Source of the DNA: Eledone cirrhosa
Taxonomy: Eukaryota
Reading direction: 5' to 3'
Assembly: GCA_964016885.1 (NCBI GenBank)
Contig: OZ024740.1
Location: 266,104,001-266,168,000 of the forward strand
DNA: 64,000 nucleotides
In this document: piece by piece, positions 12,121 through 25,291 of the stretch
How the letters are laid out: each line of letters opens with the position of its first letter
Numbering within the stretch: the first letter of the stretch is position 1
Translations under genes and position numbers: made by a program
Notes under the pieces: generated by a model
Told to the model about the DNA's origin: nothing
The model's database searches: none
The model's input: the letters and a program-made list of their open reading frames with translations, nothing else

Positions 12121-12401
12121 ATGATATTACTAAATGGAAACTATATTTATAAAACCATATTTATTCTATTATATATATTTCAAGGGTACCAAAACTTTGG
12201 TACGTTTTCATCAGATAAAATACACCATCCAGGTAAAACTTGAACTGTTAAGATCTCGTTCCTGGATATGTCAATATTTGTAAAATAAACTTTGTATTTT
12301 ATCTGATGAAAGCGTACCAAAGTTTTGGTACCTTTAAAATATATATAATAGAATAAATATGGTTTTATAAATATAGTTTCCATTTATTAATATCATTGAT
12401 A
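12117..12401. repeat. Fold-back PLE 3' end with hammerhead cores on both strands
   Basis: Arms about 125 bp. Minus core 12178-12214 is intact; plus core at 12303 has GAAA changed to TAAA. Confidence 0.85.
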
Positions 12402-12488
12402 TTATACTCCAGATAACTTGTCGAGTGCTTCGAATTAGTTATAAATATATATATTTGTTTAATTACCAACAAATTAAATATCTATTTG

Positions 12489-12556
<68 letters not shown>

Positions 12557-12564
<8 letters not shown>

Positions 12565-12843
12565 ATAAAATAAATAAGTCAAATGTTTAAAATTTAGCTC
12601 GTTTATTACTGCTATATATATTTCTGTGACAGCCATCTTTGGCTGTGACCTCTTCAGGCAGTCCGAATTAGTGGGTACATGGACAAGGTTATACACCTCA
12701 ACAACATATGTACTTGTCTATACCACACTAATTCGGACTGCCTGAAGAGGTCACAGCCAAATATGGCTGTCACCGAAATATATATAGCAGTAATAAACGA
12801 AGCTAAATTTTAAACATTTGACTTATTTATTTTATTTTATTTT
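12557..12843. repeat. Fold-back PLE 3' end with hammerhead cores on both strands
   Basis: Arms about 120 bp, spacer about 45 nt, tail on the right only. Confidence 0.85.
12738..12790 (+). ncRNA. Hammerhead ribozyme motif
   Basis: ctgc-CTGAAGA-ggtcacagcc aaatat ggctgtcacc-GAAA-tatata-TA-gcag; stem I ctgc/gcag closes. Confidence 0.8.
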
Positions 12844-12949
12844 ACATTACTCCGGAGTAACCAAACCAACCTGCGCACTTCGTCGAGTGCTCCATCTGCA
12901 TACTGAGGTGTTGGTATACAACCAACATATACTCAAAATATATATATAT

Positions 12950-13271
12950 ATTTCGTTTCTGAATTTGTTTAGCAAGATTCTTTATCTGAAAACGTATGTT
13001 GAAACGGATATTGTTATACTTTGGGAGGGCCAATAAGAAACACACGCACAAGTTGCTTTCACTCCAATTTATTATAAATTAAATTATAAAATTGAAAAAA
13101 TGTATAAATTTATAAATTTCCGGTTGGTTGGTTCCACTACCGGACAATTGTTCATATATTGTCAAAGTTCTTTCGTCACACATTCTGTGACCTCATCAGT
13201 GACCGGGGATTCTTTGTTTTGTTTTGTGCCTCTCCTTTGTTCTGTCCTACGCCATCTTGTTTTTGTGTGTG

Positions 13272-13272
<1 letters not shown>
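12950..13272 (-). mobile_element. PLE 3' terminal fragment (family of 33580-35182) with hammerhead
   Basis: Matches 33585-33768 and the reverse complement of 34920-35180; core at 13171-13199 minus. Confidence 0.8.
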
Positions 13273-13313
<41 letters not shown>

Positions 13314-13319
<6 letters not shown>

Positions 13320-13459
13320 ATACTTGGGGAGGGTCATATTTGTGTAATAATATTGCTAGAATTAATAACAGAACACACACACTCACACAGTGAGTGTGTT
13401 CTGTTATTAATTCTGGAAATATTATTACACAAATATGACCCTCCCCAAGTATAACAATA
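13314..13459. repeat. Short fold-back palindrome of a PLE 3' terminus
   Basis: ttgttatacttggggagggtc...gaccctccccaagtataacaa; similar to termini at 35160-35182 and 51510-51576. Confidence 0.8.
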
Positions 13460-13599
13460 TTTGTTTCGACACACGATTTCATATCAAAAACCTCGAAAAA
13501 CTAATTCATCGCCGTTATATATATATATATATATATTGTTATTTCTGTTTACCTTTTACATATATATATATATATACTTTCTTAACTTTCATAGGTTTC

Positions 13600-14900
13600 G
13601 GTCAGTATTGGCCCACGCCATGTCTAACTTAATAGCACCACCTGGCGAAGTCTTTCAAATTATGATTTGGACTCCATGATCCACTCAAGTAGAAAGTTAT
13701 TGTTTACGGGGACATATCCAGGTCTGGGGGTTTATCCGGAATTTCTGAGAGGAATTTGTTCAAAAGTGTTTTAAATTCAAGGCGGACATCTCTTGACTGG
13801 AAAGTTCTGAGAAACCACCAACACATATTGTGGTCCATGTCAACTTTGTTGTATATATGAGTAGCCCAGCTTAGATTGTTATCAACAATTACTCTCAGGT
13901 CTCTGATATTATTGGATGCCACGAGGGTTTCACCTGGCGCAAGAGAATATGATTGTTTCAGTGCAACCTCTTTTCCAAAGTGGATTAGTTCAAATTTATC
14001 CTCGTTCAGTAGCTCTGATTGAAGGCATATCCGGTATTCCCCTCCATTGATGACCTTCTAGTGCTTGGAATCATCTGCAAAGATTCTTATGTTGCTGTGC
14101 TTGATGACGTCGATACTGTCATTGATATAAATAAGGAAGAGAAGTGGGCCCAACACAAGTGCCTTGTGGGACGTCACTACTGACTTTGACTGGATTCATT
14201 ATACTCCTTTGACTACATGTTGGGCTCTGTTTGTCAGGAAGTACTTGACCTATTTTAGTAACTTTTCGGAGACACCAGCGTTGGATAGTGATTTTAGTAT
14301 TATGTGTTATGATCACCCCTGTCAAAGGTATTGCTGAAATCAAAATATATGACATCAGTGTCAGAGCCCTATCCCAAAGCTCTTAAAATGTCATCAAAAG
14401 GATGCAGGAGCTGCGTTAGGCAGTTCCTTCCATTGCGGAACACATGTTGGTTGAGGTTCAGCAGATTGTTGCTTTCAAAAAAGTGAGTTAATCGTGATCT
14501 CACCACCCTCTCAAATACCTTAACGATATGAGTAGTGAGTGAGATCGGATGATAATTCACTTCAAGGGACTTGTTTCCCTTTTTGAACATTGAGACAACA
14601 GACTGGGACAGAAAGTTTCAGGTGTATAACCAGCGTCCAGTGGGTTCATTCACAGATTAGCTAGAGGAGATGAAATTTCGTGTCGACAAACCTTCAGGAC
14701 ACTAGCAGGGAATCTATCGGGGCCTACTGCTGAGTTGTATAATTCCATTTACTGCCACAAAGGTATCAGGGACGCCATACGTTATATCAGATATAGTGAG
14801 TTGGGGATTAATATCACTGATACAGCTCAAATAAGCCATATCAGGATTGCTGAAAACAGAACAGTATGTAAAGTGCTGTAAATAGATGCCGGGAACAATT
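13600..14900 (-). pseudogene. Decayed CR1-type LINE RT fragment
   Basis: FKKG..NYHPISLT..KVFER..NQHVFR..CLTQLL; VPQG; RDL.VIVDNNLSW. Confidence 0.8.
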
Positions 14901-14975
14901 TTGTCCGACGCTCTCACGCTTTTATCAATTCATTGCCCTTATCCTCGTTTCATTATAAAAATTAGATGCAATAAT

Positions 14976-15161
14976 TGTTTCTACTTTTAGGAACAGGGCC
15001 AGCAATTACCTAGTTCATTACTGGTACTTTATTTTATCGACCCCGTAAGTATGAAAGGCAAAGTCAACCTCGGCGGGATTTGAACTCAGATCGTAAAGGG
15101 ACGTAACTATGCTGGAAAGCATGGCGTCCGACCCTCCACCGATACTGCCAATCCACCGCCC
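14976..15161 (-). mobile_element. tRNA-derived SINE family A with 14-bp TSD
   Basis: B-box-like GAGTTCAAATCCC; TSD TTAGATGCAATAAT at 14962 and 15162. Confidence 0.85.
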
Positions 15162-15548
15162 TTAGATGCAATAATGATGAAAAAAATCACCACTACATAT
15201 ATATGCGATTATATTTTGAAATCTCATAAATAATTAATTTTTGGTTTCAATATCTATTCATTTTGGTATATTCGAAAATTAAAAAACATCTTCATAGTTA
15301 AATGTTTTATTTACTATCTTTTGAATATTTTCTTCGGAACGTTCAGCAAAATTAATACCAAATATGAATATTGTGTGCACTGAAACTTTTACTCCAAGCG
15401 CATTCCCATGTTACTGCTGAAGTTGTGAAATGAGTAAAATATCTCATGGGATATCAATACTGTCAACTATAGAAACAAAAAATGTCTAAATATAATTCTC
15501 TAGTATGTGATGAATATATGAAGATTGATTTTTTTTTAAATACTTAAT

Positions 15549-15606
<58 letters not shown>

Positions 15607-15610
<4 letters not shown>

Positions 15611-15713
15611 AACCAGTAAGACCCCGACAGCTGAGTTCAAGCCGTTTCGACGGCTAATTCGGAATTAGCCGTCGAAACGGCTTGAGCTCAGCTGTCGGGG
15701 TCTTACTGGTTCC

Positions 15714-15715
<2 letters not shown>
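15607..15715. repeat. Fold-back palindrome of a PLE 3' end between (TA)n tracts
   Basis: About 52-bp arms; same family as 11577-11710 and 35217-35347. Confidence 0.85.
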
Positions 15716-15779
<64 letters not shown>

Positions 15780-15834
15780 GTGAGGTTTTTTTTACAAAAT
15801 GAAAAATAACCGAGGTGTCCTACACGAGTGAAAG

Positions 15835-16127
15835 TATAAAGAAAAAGAGATGAAATCGAAAATGCAACTGAAGTCTTATTTTTTTTTTAAATATATATAT
15901 TTAATTGGTTCCTTTACCGGTTTCGCAGTTCTTCTGCTTTTCAAAAGGTGAGTTGAGATGGAGGGTCTGTGGTTTTTCTCACATCTGTGAGAAAAACCAC
16001 AGACCCTCCATCTCAACTCACCTTTTGAAAAGCAGAAGAACTGCGAAACCGGTAAAGGAACCAATTAAATATATATATTTAAAAAAAAAATAAGACTTCA
16101 GTTGCATTTTCGATTTCATCTCTTTTT

Positions 16128-16133
<6 letters not shown>
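15835..16133. repeat. Near-perfect fold-back palindrome, about 147-bp arms
   Basis: Centre ctcacatctgtgag near 15984; ORFs 15876(-) and 15905(+) are nearly identical; tail on the left only. Confidence 0.9.
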
Positions 16134-16186
<53 letters not shown>

Positions 16187-16353
16187 TTGCAAGGTTTTTG
16201 ATATGAAATTGTATAATATTGCCAGAAATGATAATAAAACACACTCACTGTTTGGTTTGGATTGATTTTCGCTTCTGCATCTTTTATATCTCCATAGTTA
16301 ATTTATCTGGCAATCAAGGCTTATCATTGCTTGACCAGCGGTTAAAAATACAA

Positions 16354-16399
<46 letters not shown>

Positions 16400-16400
<1 letters not shown>

Positions 16401-16442
16401 ATCAAAGTTCTTTCGTCACACACCTTTGACATCATCAGTGGT
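16400..16442 (-). ncRNA. Hammerhead ribozyme motif
   Basis: CTGATGA-t-gtcaaa..tgtgac-GAAA; same family as 51345-51372. Confidence 0.65.
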
Positions 16443-16814
16443 ACTATTATGTTTCCTCCCGTTGTATTGTAATGTCTTCGCCATTTTTATTTTATTTATT
16501 TATTCTTTCTCTGTCTTTGTTTGCGCTTGCGTTTGCGCGTGTTTTCTGTTTGGTGTGTGTCTTCGTGTCTGAGTGTGTGTGTTTTTGTATTCTATCTTTG
16601 TTCACTAGTGTGTGTTTATGTGTGTTTGTTGTTAGTGTACTTATGTATATTTATTTATTTATTTATATTTACCTTAGGTCAGTATTGTGTCATTCACGTG
16701 GAAAGCGAAGTAACCCTAAAAAAACGCTCGAAAACGATTTAGAAAAAATTTTAATCAAAATCAAAATTTAATCCTAAAGAGAGGAAATTGGAACATTATC
16801 CACTGAAAGTTCCT

Positions 16815-16858
16815 TAAACCCTGAAGAAGGGACTTTTATTCCCGAAATATTGGATAGA
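16815..16858 (+). ncRNA. Hammerhead ribozyme motif
   Basis: CTGAAGA-a-ggga cttttat tccc-GAAA-tattgg. Confidence 0.6.
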
Positions 16859-18089
16859 TAAAAGAATAACAACAACAAAAACAAAAAAAAACAAATATGA
16901 TCTTTTACTTTTCGTTACCTCATCTTACAGTCCATTTTGCATTGTTTAGCCTTCTATCTCTTTTAACGGGGTCGATAAAATAAAGTACCAGTAATACACT
17001 GGGTAATTGCTGGCCTTGTGCCAAAAGTATAAATAGTTGTATATTATATACAATGCTTCAAGCAAGCTACAACATTTTATTATATATATATAGAGAGAGA
17101 GAACTGACTTCTACGGGACTAGAACTGTTTCATTCGTGCGGATTAGTACTAGTCCTGTAGAAGTAATTTCTATATAAAATAAAGATACCTATATTCTCAA
17201 CTAATGTTTTGAGTACCTTTTTGAATTGAGGTCCCCTCCAAATACCGCTACACAATATACTGCTAAGGAATTGAAATAATACTTTTATAATTTCTTAGAT
17301 TTCGGTGTAGCTTTAATCGTATTCTTATCTTCCTTGTAATCGATAAGAAAATTGGGTATATATTGAGATATAAATCATTTGCTACTATATAGATATAGAA
17401 GGTGCAAATTTTATAGATAGATAAATGAGGTGTAAATATCATATACCTGATATTAAATAGATAATATATTAGGTGTAAATTATCCATCATATAGATAAAT
17501 AGATTAAGTGTGAATCATTTGTTAGATATTAAAAACAAATTAGTTATCGGTAATAGAAAAAAAGCGAGTGGCTTAATGTTTTGGGTGTTCAGCTCACGAT
17601 TATAAGACTCTGAGTTCAATCTCAGGTGGCGCGCTTTACCATTGAGCAAGAGACCTTGTTTGATGTTACTCTAGTCAACGGTGTAACGTTGAGTCTCGCT
17701 AAAAAGTCCACTGCTTGTACGTAAATTTCACGAGCAGGCTGTTCCGTTGATCAAACACGTGGAACACTTGACCCCAAAACTAACGGAGCAACAAAAACAA
17801 CAGTTTCTATGCTATCTTCTATAGCTCCACGGTGCAGCGGTTAATGAAGGTGGTCAAAATAATTTGATATCAAAGAACCGAAAGACAGCTCTTCGTTTAG
17901 AATCCTATTGAAGCCATAAGTGGGGAGCTTATTTCTCGATGCTTCAACCCAGTAAACTATGATTTAATTTGCGTGAGATTGCGAGTTCGATTCCCGAGCC
18001 GGGCGATGCGTTATGTCCTTGAGCAAGGCTCTTTATTCCAGATTGTTCATTTTTCTAGGAGTTGCGACCCGTATATATTATTATTGTTA

Positions 18090-18310
18090 GCAATGGTAAG
18101 ACCAATGGAAACATTGTATCCTTGATCCGATTTGACGAATTCACCCCACTTAGAAAGCGAATAAGGTCTGCCATCTTTTCGGTCGATTAAAAAAATATAA
18201 TGAGTCAACGACTAAGTCTCTAAAAATGATCATTCTACCAATGAGTAAGGAAGGGACATATCCTCAGATCGGACCAATAGAAACTGTGTTTCCGTTGGTC
18301 TTTCCATTGC
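18090..18310. mobile_element. Probable MITE with imperfect terminal inverted repeats
   Basis: GCAATGGTAAGACCAATGGAAACA ... TGTTTCCGTTGGTCTTTCCATTGC. Confidence 0.5.
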
Positions 18311-18845
18311 AGATACTATCTATCCTGGCAAAAATGCCATAGCTGTTTCCTCTGACAGGAGATTCGACTTCATCCCAGATCTACAATGTTGAGACAGATA
18401 CGGCAAAACTAAGGCTGTAACAATTCCACCAATCCAATGCTTCTGGACTGACAATTTATTTTTCTCCAAAAGGATTAAAAGTAAAATTGGCATGATTTGA
18501 ACTCAGAGTACAAGGTATCAGAACAAATACTATGAATCAATCTTTCCGGTAAACTAATGAATCTGCCAATTCGCCGCATCTGCTAGTAATAGTAGCCTAC
18601 ACCTGCTCAATAACAATAATTAGACTGTAAATAGTCGAACTCGATAGATACAGCTCGCTGCTATATTCTGCAGTAGCACTGGATAACTGAAGAGTGTTTG
18701 CTTTTGACAGTTTGTATTGCTGATTTCAGGTTCACCTGCAAACACAGTATAAGTAGGTAGAACCCATTGTAGTTTACACTTGTGTTACAGTATAAAAGAT
18801 CTTTATTTTGGTTTTCTAGAGAAACTGTCAACTATATAAGAAATA

Positions 18846-18889
<44 letters not shown>

Positions 18890-19098
18890 ATGAATGAATG
18901 AATGAATGAATGAAAAAAAGAAGAGAAATTGAATAAAGGAATGGAATGGAAAAAGGACAAAATAATGAAAATAGAAGAGAGAAAGAAAAGACATGGAAAA
19001 GTGAAAGACTAAAGTAACAACTCTAATTATGGAGAAAGAAAAATTAATGATGTTTCCTATTGAATTCAACCTAAAGAACCAAAAAACATTGGATAATA

Positions 19099-19530
19099 CG
19101 AGGATATGCTGAAAACGTCATAGGCTGACTATGAAGGAATGATGCTTGGGCTGTAAAATCTTGCATGCATTAATTTCAACTCTTCTTATAAGTAACAACA
19201 TTGTAGGGCGGTGGATTGGCAGTATCGGTAGAGAGTCGGACACCATGCTTTGCAGCATAGAGTTATGGACCTTTACGGTCTGAGTTCAAATCCCACCGAC
19301 GTTAACTTTGCTTTTCATCCCTACGGGGTCGATAAAATAAAGCACCAGTAACGTACTGGGGTCGATTCAATCAACTTTCCCTTCCCCCCAAATTACTGGC
19401 CTTGTGCCTAAAGTAGAAATCATTAATAACAACATTGTTCCTTTCCAGGCACTAGGTTGAAAAATAAACCTCATTTGGTCATTCCATGGGAGTATCTTGG
19501 TCATCCTATGAACGTTTCAATCGACCTTCG
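19099..19530. mobile_element. Mariner-type MITE interrupted by a SINE
   Basis: TA|CGAGGAT..TGAAAACGTCATAGGCTGAC ... GTCATCCTATGAACGTTTCAATCGACCTTCG|TA. Confidence 0.7.
19205..19426 (+). mobile_element. SINE family A, full length, 12-bp TSD
   Basis: TSD TAACAACATTGT at 19193 and 19427; A/B-box-like head. Confidence 0.9.
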
Positions 19531-19558
19531 TATATATATATATATATATATATATATA

Positions 19559-19653
19559 CGAGGATCGGTTGAAAAGTTCATAGGCTGTTTATGAGTGATG
19601 CTAGAACTGTGGAATCTTGGTCAGCCTATGAACTTTTCATTCAGCCGACCCTA
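19559..19653. mobile_element. Shorter second copy of the mariner-type MITE
   Basis: TGAAAAGTTCATAGGCTG / CAGCCTATGAACTTTTCA inverted termini. Confidence 0.65.
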
Positions 19654-20314
19654 ATACGTTACGATTCATGTAATTCAATATTTTCTTTCTGTCTTCTTAC
19701 AAAATAAAAAAAATTCCCTACTCTTCAACAAGTATCGTTTTTTGTTCCATCTATGACACCCATAGACCTATAACACTTGATGAAGTCGTAGGGGCGTCGT
19801 TGTGACATACGCCGGGGCGCGTCTTTAGCATTTTAAACATGGTGGTCCCAGCTTGCTTCAGATTTGAATATAGTCGATTTCTTCTATCTATGCCATAACT
19901 CCTGGTTGAGTTTTAACGGCACATTGCCGAGCGTGGTAGAGCGTGACTTTGGCATGTTAAACCTGATGGAGCACATCCCCCACCAGATTTGAACAAAGTC
20001 AATTCTTTTGAGAGAAAGACTGAGATGGGGGAGAAAAACTGGGAAAGAGATATAGAGGAAGAATCGATTCCAATACTTGACTGGTATTTTATTTTTACAC
20101 CTTGAAAGGATGAACGGCAAAACTGATCTCGGCGGGATTTTTTTCTGCTAGAACGCTGACAACCGGTTTGAATACCGTAAAGTATTCTATCTAATGTCCT
20201 AACGACTCTGACGATTAACCACCTTATATAGTTTCTTACTTGAACACAAAGATGAGACAGATTGTATAGAGGAGATATATAGTCGAATTGAATTGATCCG
20301 AGTATTTGACCAGC

Positions 20315-20600
20315 GAAGGTGCGTGGCCTAGTAGTAAGTGTGTTGGACTTACAATAAGAAATTCGTGGCTTCGATTCTTGGACTGAGTTGTGTGTCGTGT
20401 TCTTGAGCAAAGCACTTCATTTCACGCTGCTCCCGTATACTCACCTGAAAATGATTACCAGCAGCAATAGCTGGGGGTTTAACCCTGCGATGGACTGGCG
20501 TCCTGTCTCGGAGGAAGGCTTGTATTCTCAGTCATTTAACGCCACAGAAACCGTGATAAGCACTGGCCTGATACGTCCCTGGGCTTGAGCCAGACTCTAA
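20315..20600 (+). mobile_element. tRNA-derived SINE family B
   Basis: GGTGCGTGGCCTAGTAGT..GGCTTCGATTC head and TGTTCTTGAGCAAAGCACTT body; relatives at 17563, 46182 and 46575. Confidence 0.75.
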
Positions 20601-21198
20601 ACATTCGATGGACCTGCGTCCTGTTCAGGGGTGAGTATTTTATTCTCAATCGCTTAACACCATCGAAAACTGGGATAGGCACCGGTCTGATGAGCATCCG
20701 AGTTGTAGATAGACTTTAGACTTTAGAGTATTTGATCGGAACCTATTCATGAAAATCCCTGAGTGATGAACAATATAGTTGACTATAGCCGGATTTGAGC
20801 TCAAAACGTAGAATGATGAAACTAAACACTGCAAAGTATTTAATCGAGCACTCCGTTGTCTTTCCTGTCTGAAAGATATTAATAATGTATCATTACATAA
20901 GAAGTTGTAGCTTGATATCCAATAGCTATTGTTAGAGTGACGTGTAACATAGCTCTTAAATATTTATTATTAATATATCTCTTGTAATTTGCTAACCTGT
21001 AGCTATAGATAAACGTTCAACATAGTTATAAATGTTATATCATTAAGATACCGCAGTGGAATGTCTTCAGGCAAAAGATAGCTATACAATATAGATATTA
21101 AGAAATATAACGGAAAGGGAATGAAATATACATTTGTAGGCATACAACGAACGTCTATAATGTTTGTTTGTTTGATATATATATGCATGTATGTGTGG

Positions 21199-21270
<72 letters not shown>

Positions 21271-21434
21271 ACATATATACATAAGTGGATGTATATATTT
21301 GTGGGTATGTGCGTCTGATTGTGTAAGTGGGTGTATACGTGAGTCTGTGTGTAAGTGGATGTATATACATATGTCTGTATGTATGTGCATATGAGTGTGT
21401 AAATAGATGTATACATGCGTATGTGTGTAAGTGG

Positions 21435-21473
<39 letters not shown>

Positions 21474-22511
21474 TATATGTGTGCATGTGCATGTGAGTGT
21501 ATAAGTGGATGTATATATGTGTATGTGTGTAAGTGGATGTATATACATCTATATATATATATGTGTGTGTGTGTGCGTGTGAGTGTGCACGTGGGTGTAT
21601 ATATGTGTGTGTGCGTTTGTGTAAGTAAATGTATATATATATATGTGTGTGTGTGTGTGGCTGTGTATGTGTGTATGAGCCATGATAGTACGCCATTTGT
21701 ATTTATGTATTTATTCATATGTATATATAGATGTAACTTTGTCTATAACTCTTTGAAATTTAAACGCACAAACATACACACAATATCCTATAGCAGTCAT
21801 GCTGCTACAATATGAAGTTCACGTTCCATTCACAAGGTTTGAGGTTCTAATTCTATATTCGTTCTCTCAAATAGTTATTTCTCTAAAGTTACATACACAT
21901 TTAATACTGCGTGTCATTTGTACTGGCATGATTACATTTTCAAGAAGATGCTCCACATTTATGAACATAGATTTGGTCAGGAGGCGTTGATGTGGTCAAA
22001 CGTTGTTCAACGTTCACTGGATATTTCGACCCTCAACGATAACACCCTCGCGCTGGTGGGTCAGCAGCAGTGGTCAAATTACTGCCCATCTTCGCCCCCT
22101 GGTTTCCAGTCTTTCTCTACTCTCCTACTTCCAACGTTTATATCCTAGGAATATATCATTAAAATATCATTTTTATCTTTGGATACTTCCGCGTGTCAGT
22201 ATTGCAAAACATTCATTTATCGAAAATCAAATTTCTGGATTCACTTATATATATATATATATAATTTCAGCGAGATCGTATTTCGGCGGCGGCCAAAACA
22301 AAACGAAACGCAATTTTCGAGATATGCCGGAAGGAAAGCGCTCGATCGACTAGGAAGAAGCCAGACCAATTAACATACTTTATAAGGGCCAGACACATTA
22401 TAAAAATGGCTGTGAATTGACAAGCCAGGCAGCCGAAAAGACGAGCAGCTAAACAGGTTAACAAAAAATATGTATGTATATATATATTTATATATGTATA
22501 TATATATATAT

Positions 22512-22559
<48 letters not shown>

Positions 22560-22671
22560 TAAAATAACAGATTAAAGTTTAAGCAAAGAGTCGCTGCTTT
22601 CACCCTTAACGGGATCTACTGAAACTAACTATCCTTATCGAGCCCTCTTGGGATTTTAGTCTTCAATTTTT

Positions 22672-22703
<32 letters not shown>

Positions 22704-22761
22704 CATACATATCCATGCATACATACATACATACATACATACATACATACATACATACATA

Positions 22762-25280
22762 CAAGAGTACCCTTGAGACTGTGATAGGAAAACTCCAAGA
22801 TAAGAAAACACCAGGAAGAGACATGATTGTTGGCTACTGGTACAAAAAACTGATATTCTATCGAAGATATCTTACTGACCTCTACGAAAAGTTCTTAAGG
22901 GAGATACACTTATACCAGAATGGTTGACATTAGCACAAACATTACTGGTCCCCAAGAACAAAAACACCCACTTGGCAAAAAACTACCGACCCATTGCATG
23001 CCAGAACCTATGTATAAGATGTATACAGCCTGCCTGAACCTATACCTCCAAGATCACTGTGAAAATAATAACATCATCACAGATGAACAAGCAGCTGGAA
23101 ATAAAGGGGTTTGGAGATGTGCTAAACAACTCCTAATCAACAAAACTGCGATGTCGGAGGTGCGACAATTTATGAGGAATATGGCTACAATCTGGCTGGA
23201 CTACAGGAACGCTTTCGATTCTGTTCCCCACTCTTGGATGATAGAGGCCCACCAAATTGCTAAAGTCCCATAGAGAAGCTGTCTTCTTCTTTGGCTACTA
23301 CCCTAAGGTTAAAGACAGAGAAGGAGGTCTCAATTTTCACTGATAAAATAAAATATCGCAGGGGTATATTTCAGGGAGACAGTCTCTCTGTGATATTATT
23401 CATCCTGTCATTAAACCCCTTGTCCTTTCTGATCAAGAAATGTGAAGGATACATCATTGGCTCACAGGAGGACAGAAATACGAACCTAACCCATAATTTC
23501 TTTGTGGATAATCTGAAACTCTATGTCAAGAACATGGATGGGATGAAGAAAAGTCTTGACCTGGTTACAACGTTCTCGAAGGATATAGGAATGGAATTTT
23601 GCCAAGATAAATGCTCATATATGAGTGTAAAGCGGGTAAAAACAACCCAATCTAGCAATGGTCTAACTGTTTCACCGATATCTGATGAGGACTGCTACAG
23701 ATACCTGGGGATAGGTGAGAAGATTTCCTATAATGTTATCTGTAATAAGGAACGCGTAACTATGGAATACTACACCCGATTAAGAAAGATTTGGTCATCG
23801 GAACTCTCTGCGCAAAACAAAACAGTGGCTCACAATGTGTTTGCTGTGCTTGTCCTAACACCAACGTTTGAAATACTCAATTGGACGATAGACGAAATCC
23901 GAGCAGTTGATGTTAGAACTCGCTCGAAAAATACTAAACAACACCGGAAACTTCCACCTCAACAGAGACATAGACCGCCTTTACTTGAAACGTAAGTAGG
24001 GAGGCAGAGGCCTAACACCAGTCCAGACAACATTTGGATGTCGCATCATATCCCTCCGACAACATCTACGAACGTCGAAGCGTAGGAGCCCGTCTCTCGA
24101 GCAAGTCTATCGCATGAAACAGATAAGATCATGAGAGTTGGGAAGGACCTCCTCGAGAGATATTGCATGTGTGATAATCAAAAACTCACACCCAATGAAG
24201 TCGCTCAGCAGTATCGCAGTGAATCCATGGATGAAAAACTGCGTGCTTATCAGCAAAAAGTCATGCATGGATATGTTGCCAGGAAGCTTCAGAGTGAGAG
24301 TAATATAGATAAGGAAAGTACTCTATCTTGGACCAACAACTGTTATATTGGCTCCCACTTTGAAGGATACGCTTTTGCAATCCAAGAACAGGAAATCAAC
24401 AAGAAATACCTGATTCACAAAAGAGATAGAGATGCAGGCAAAACACCTAGATGTGATAACAAGTGCAGACTCTGCAGAACTAACATCGAGGATATCACCC
24501 ATGTCATCAGCAGCTGTCCAAAGATGTCATCGCTGTACTATCTACCTGTGAGGCATGATGTAGTGCCCAAAACACTGTACAATGCAATCCGTACAAAAGA
24601 TAGCCTCGACAATAAACATATTAAATGTTACAGCAATGTGGTAGACATCCATATACATAATATGAAAGAGTACTGGTGGAATGTTCCAGTAAAAACCCCA
24701 ATAAAATGCAGGCATAACAGACCAGATATTATGATATGGGACAGGGAAAAGAAGGCATGCACAGTAGTGAGAGTTAACTGCCCAGCAGATGCCAATGTAA
24801 TATCAAAGATTAGCGAAAAGGAAAATATTTATGCAGAACTGATGAGAAATCTGCAGATACTCCAACCTGATTACACCTTCAGATTTATGCCTGTGATTAT
24901 TGGGGCACTGGGGTATGTTAGTAACTGCCTCAATACAAATCTTGAGCAGCTTGGCTTCACAGGAACAAAAAGAACTCCACTAGTTAGGAAATTACAAGTA
25001 CAATATGTAAAAATATGTAAAACATTCCAAATATTTTGCATCTAATAACTGCATATACACATATACAGATACAAAGCATATACACATGCACACATACAAC
25101 TCAAAACTTCCACATCCACACATACAATAACATCCATATCTACACATGCATGCATGCATATATAATCTACCTAGTTGATGTTGTGTAAATTCCAATGAGA
25201 GAGTCTTGTGTCTATGTTAGAAAACGACTCTCTCTCTATTGGTAAACATTTGTGAAATTATAAAACCAGAAGAACAATCA
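22762..25280 (+). mobile_element. R4/Dong-clade non-LTR retrotransposon, 5'-truncated and frameshifted
   Basis: TPGRD, WLDYRNAFDSVPH, RGIFQGDSLS, FVDNLKLY (RT); CRLC..HVISSC, RHD and RPDIMIWD (CCHC plus restriction-like endonuclease). Confidence 0.9.
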
Positions 25281-25291
25281 TACATACATAC

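Noticed and set aside
19205-20400. tRNA genes
   Set aside because: A/B-box-like heads belong to SINEs with bodies and TSDs; no cloverleaf.
21918-22148. Possible host exon in a non-repetitive, higher-GC patch
   Set aside because: No recognisable protein motif or convincing splice pair; needs RNA-seq.
22260-22320. Short similarity to 40570-40625 (minus), possible transposon end
   Set aside because: The second terminus and a TSD could not be established.
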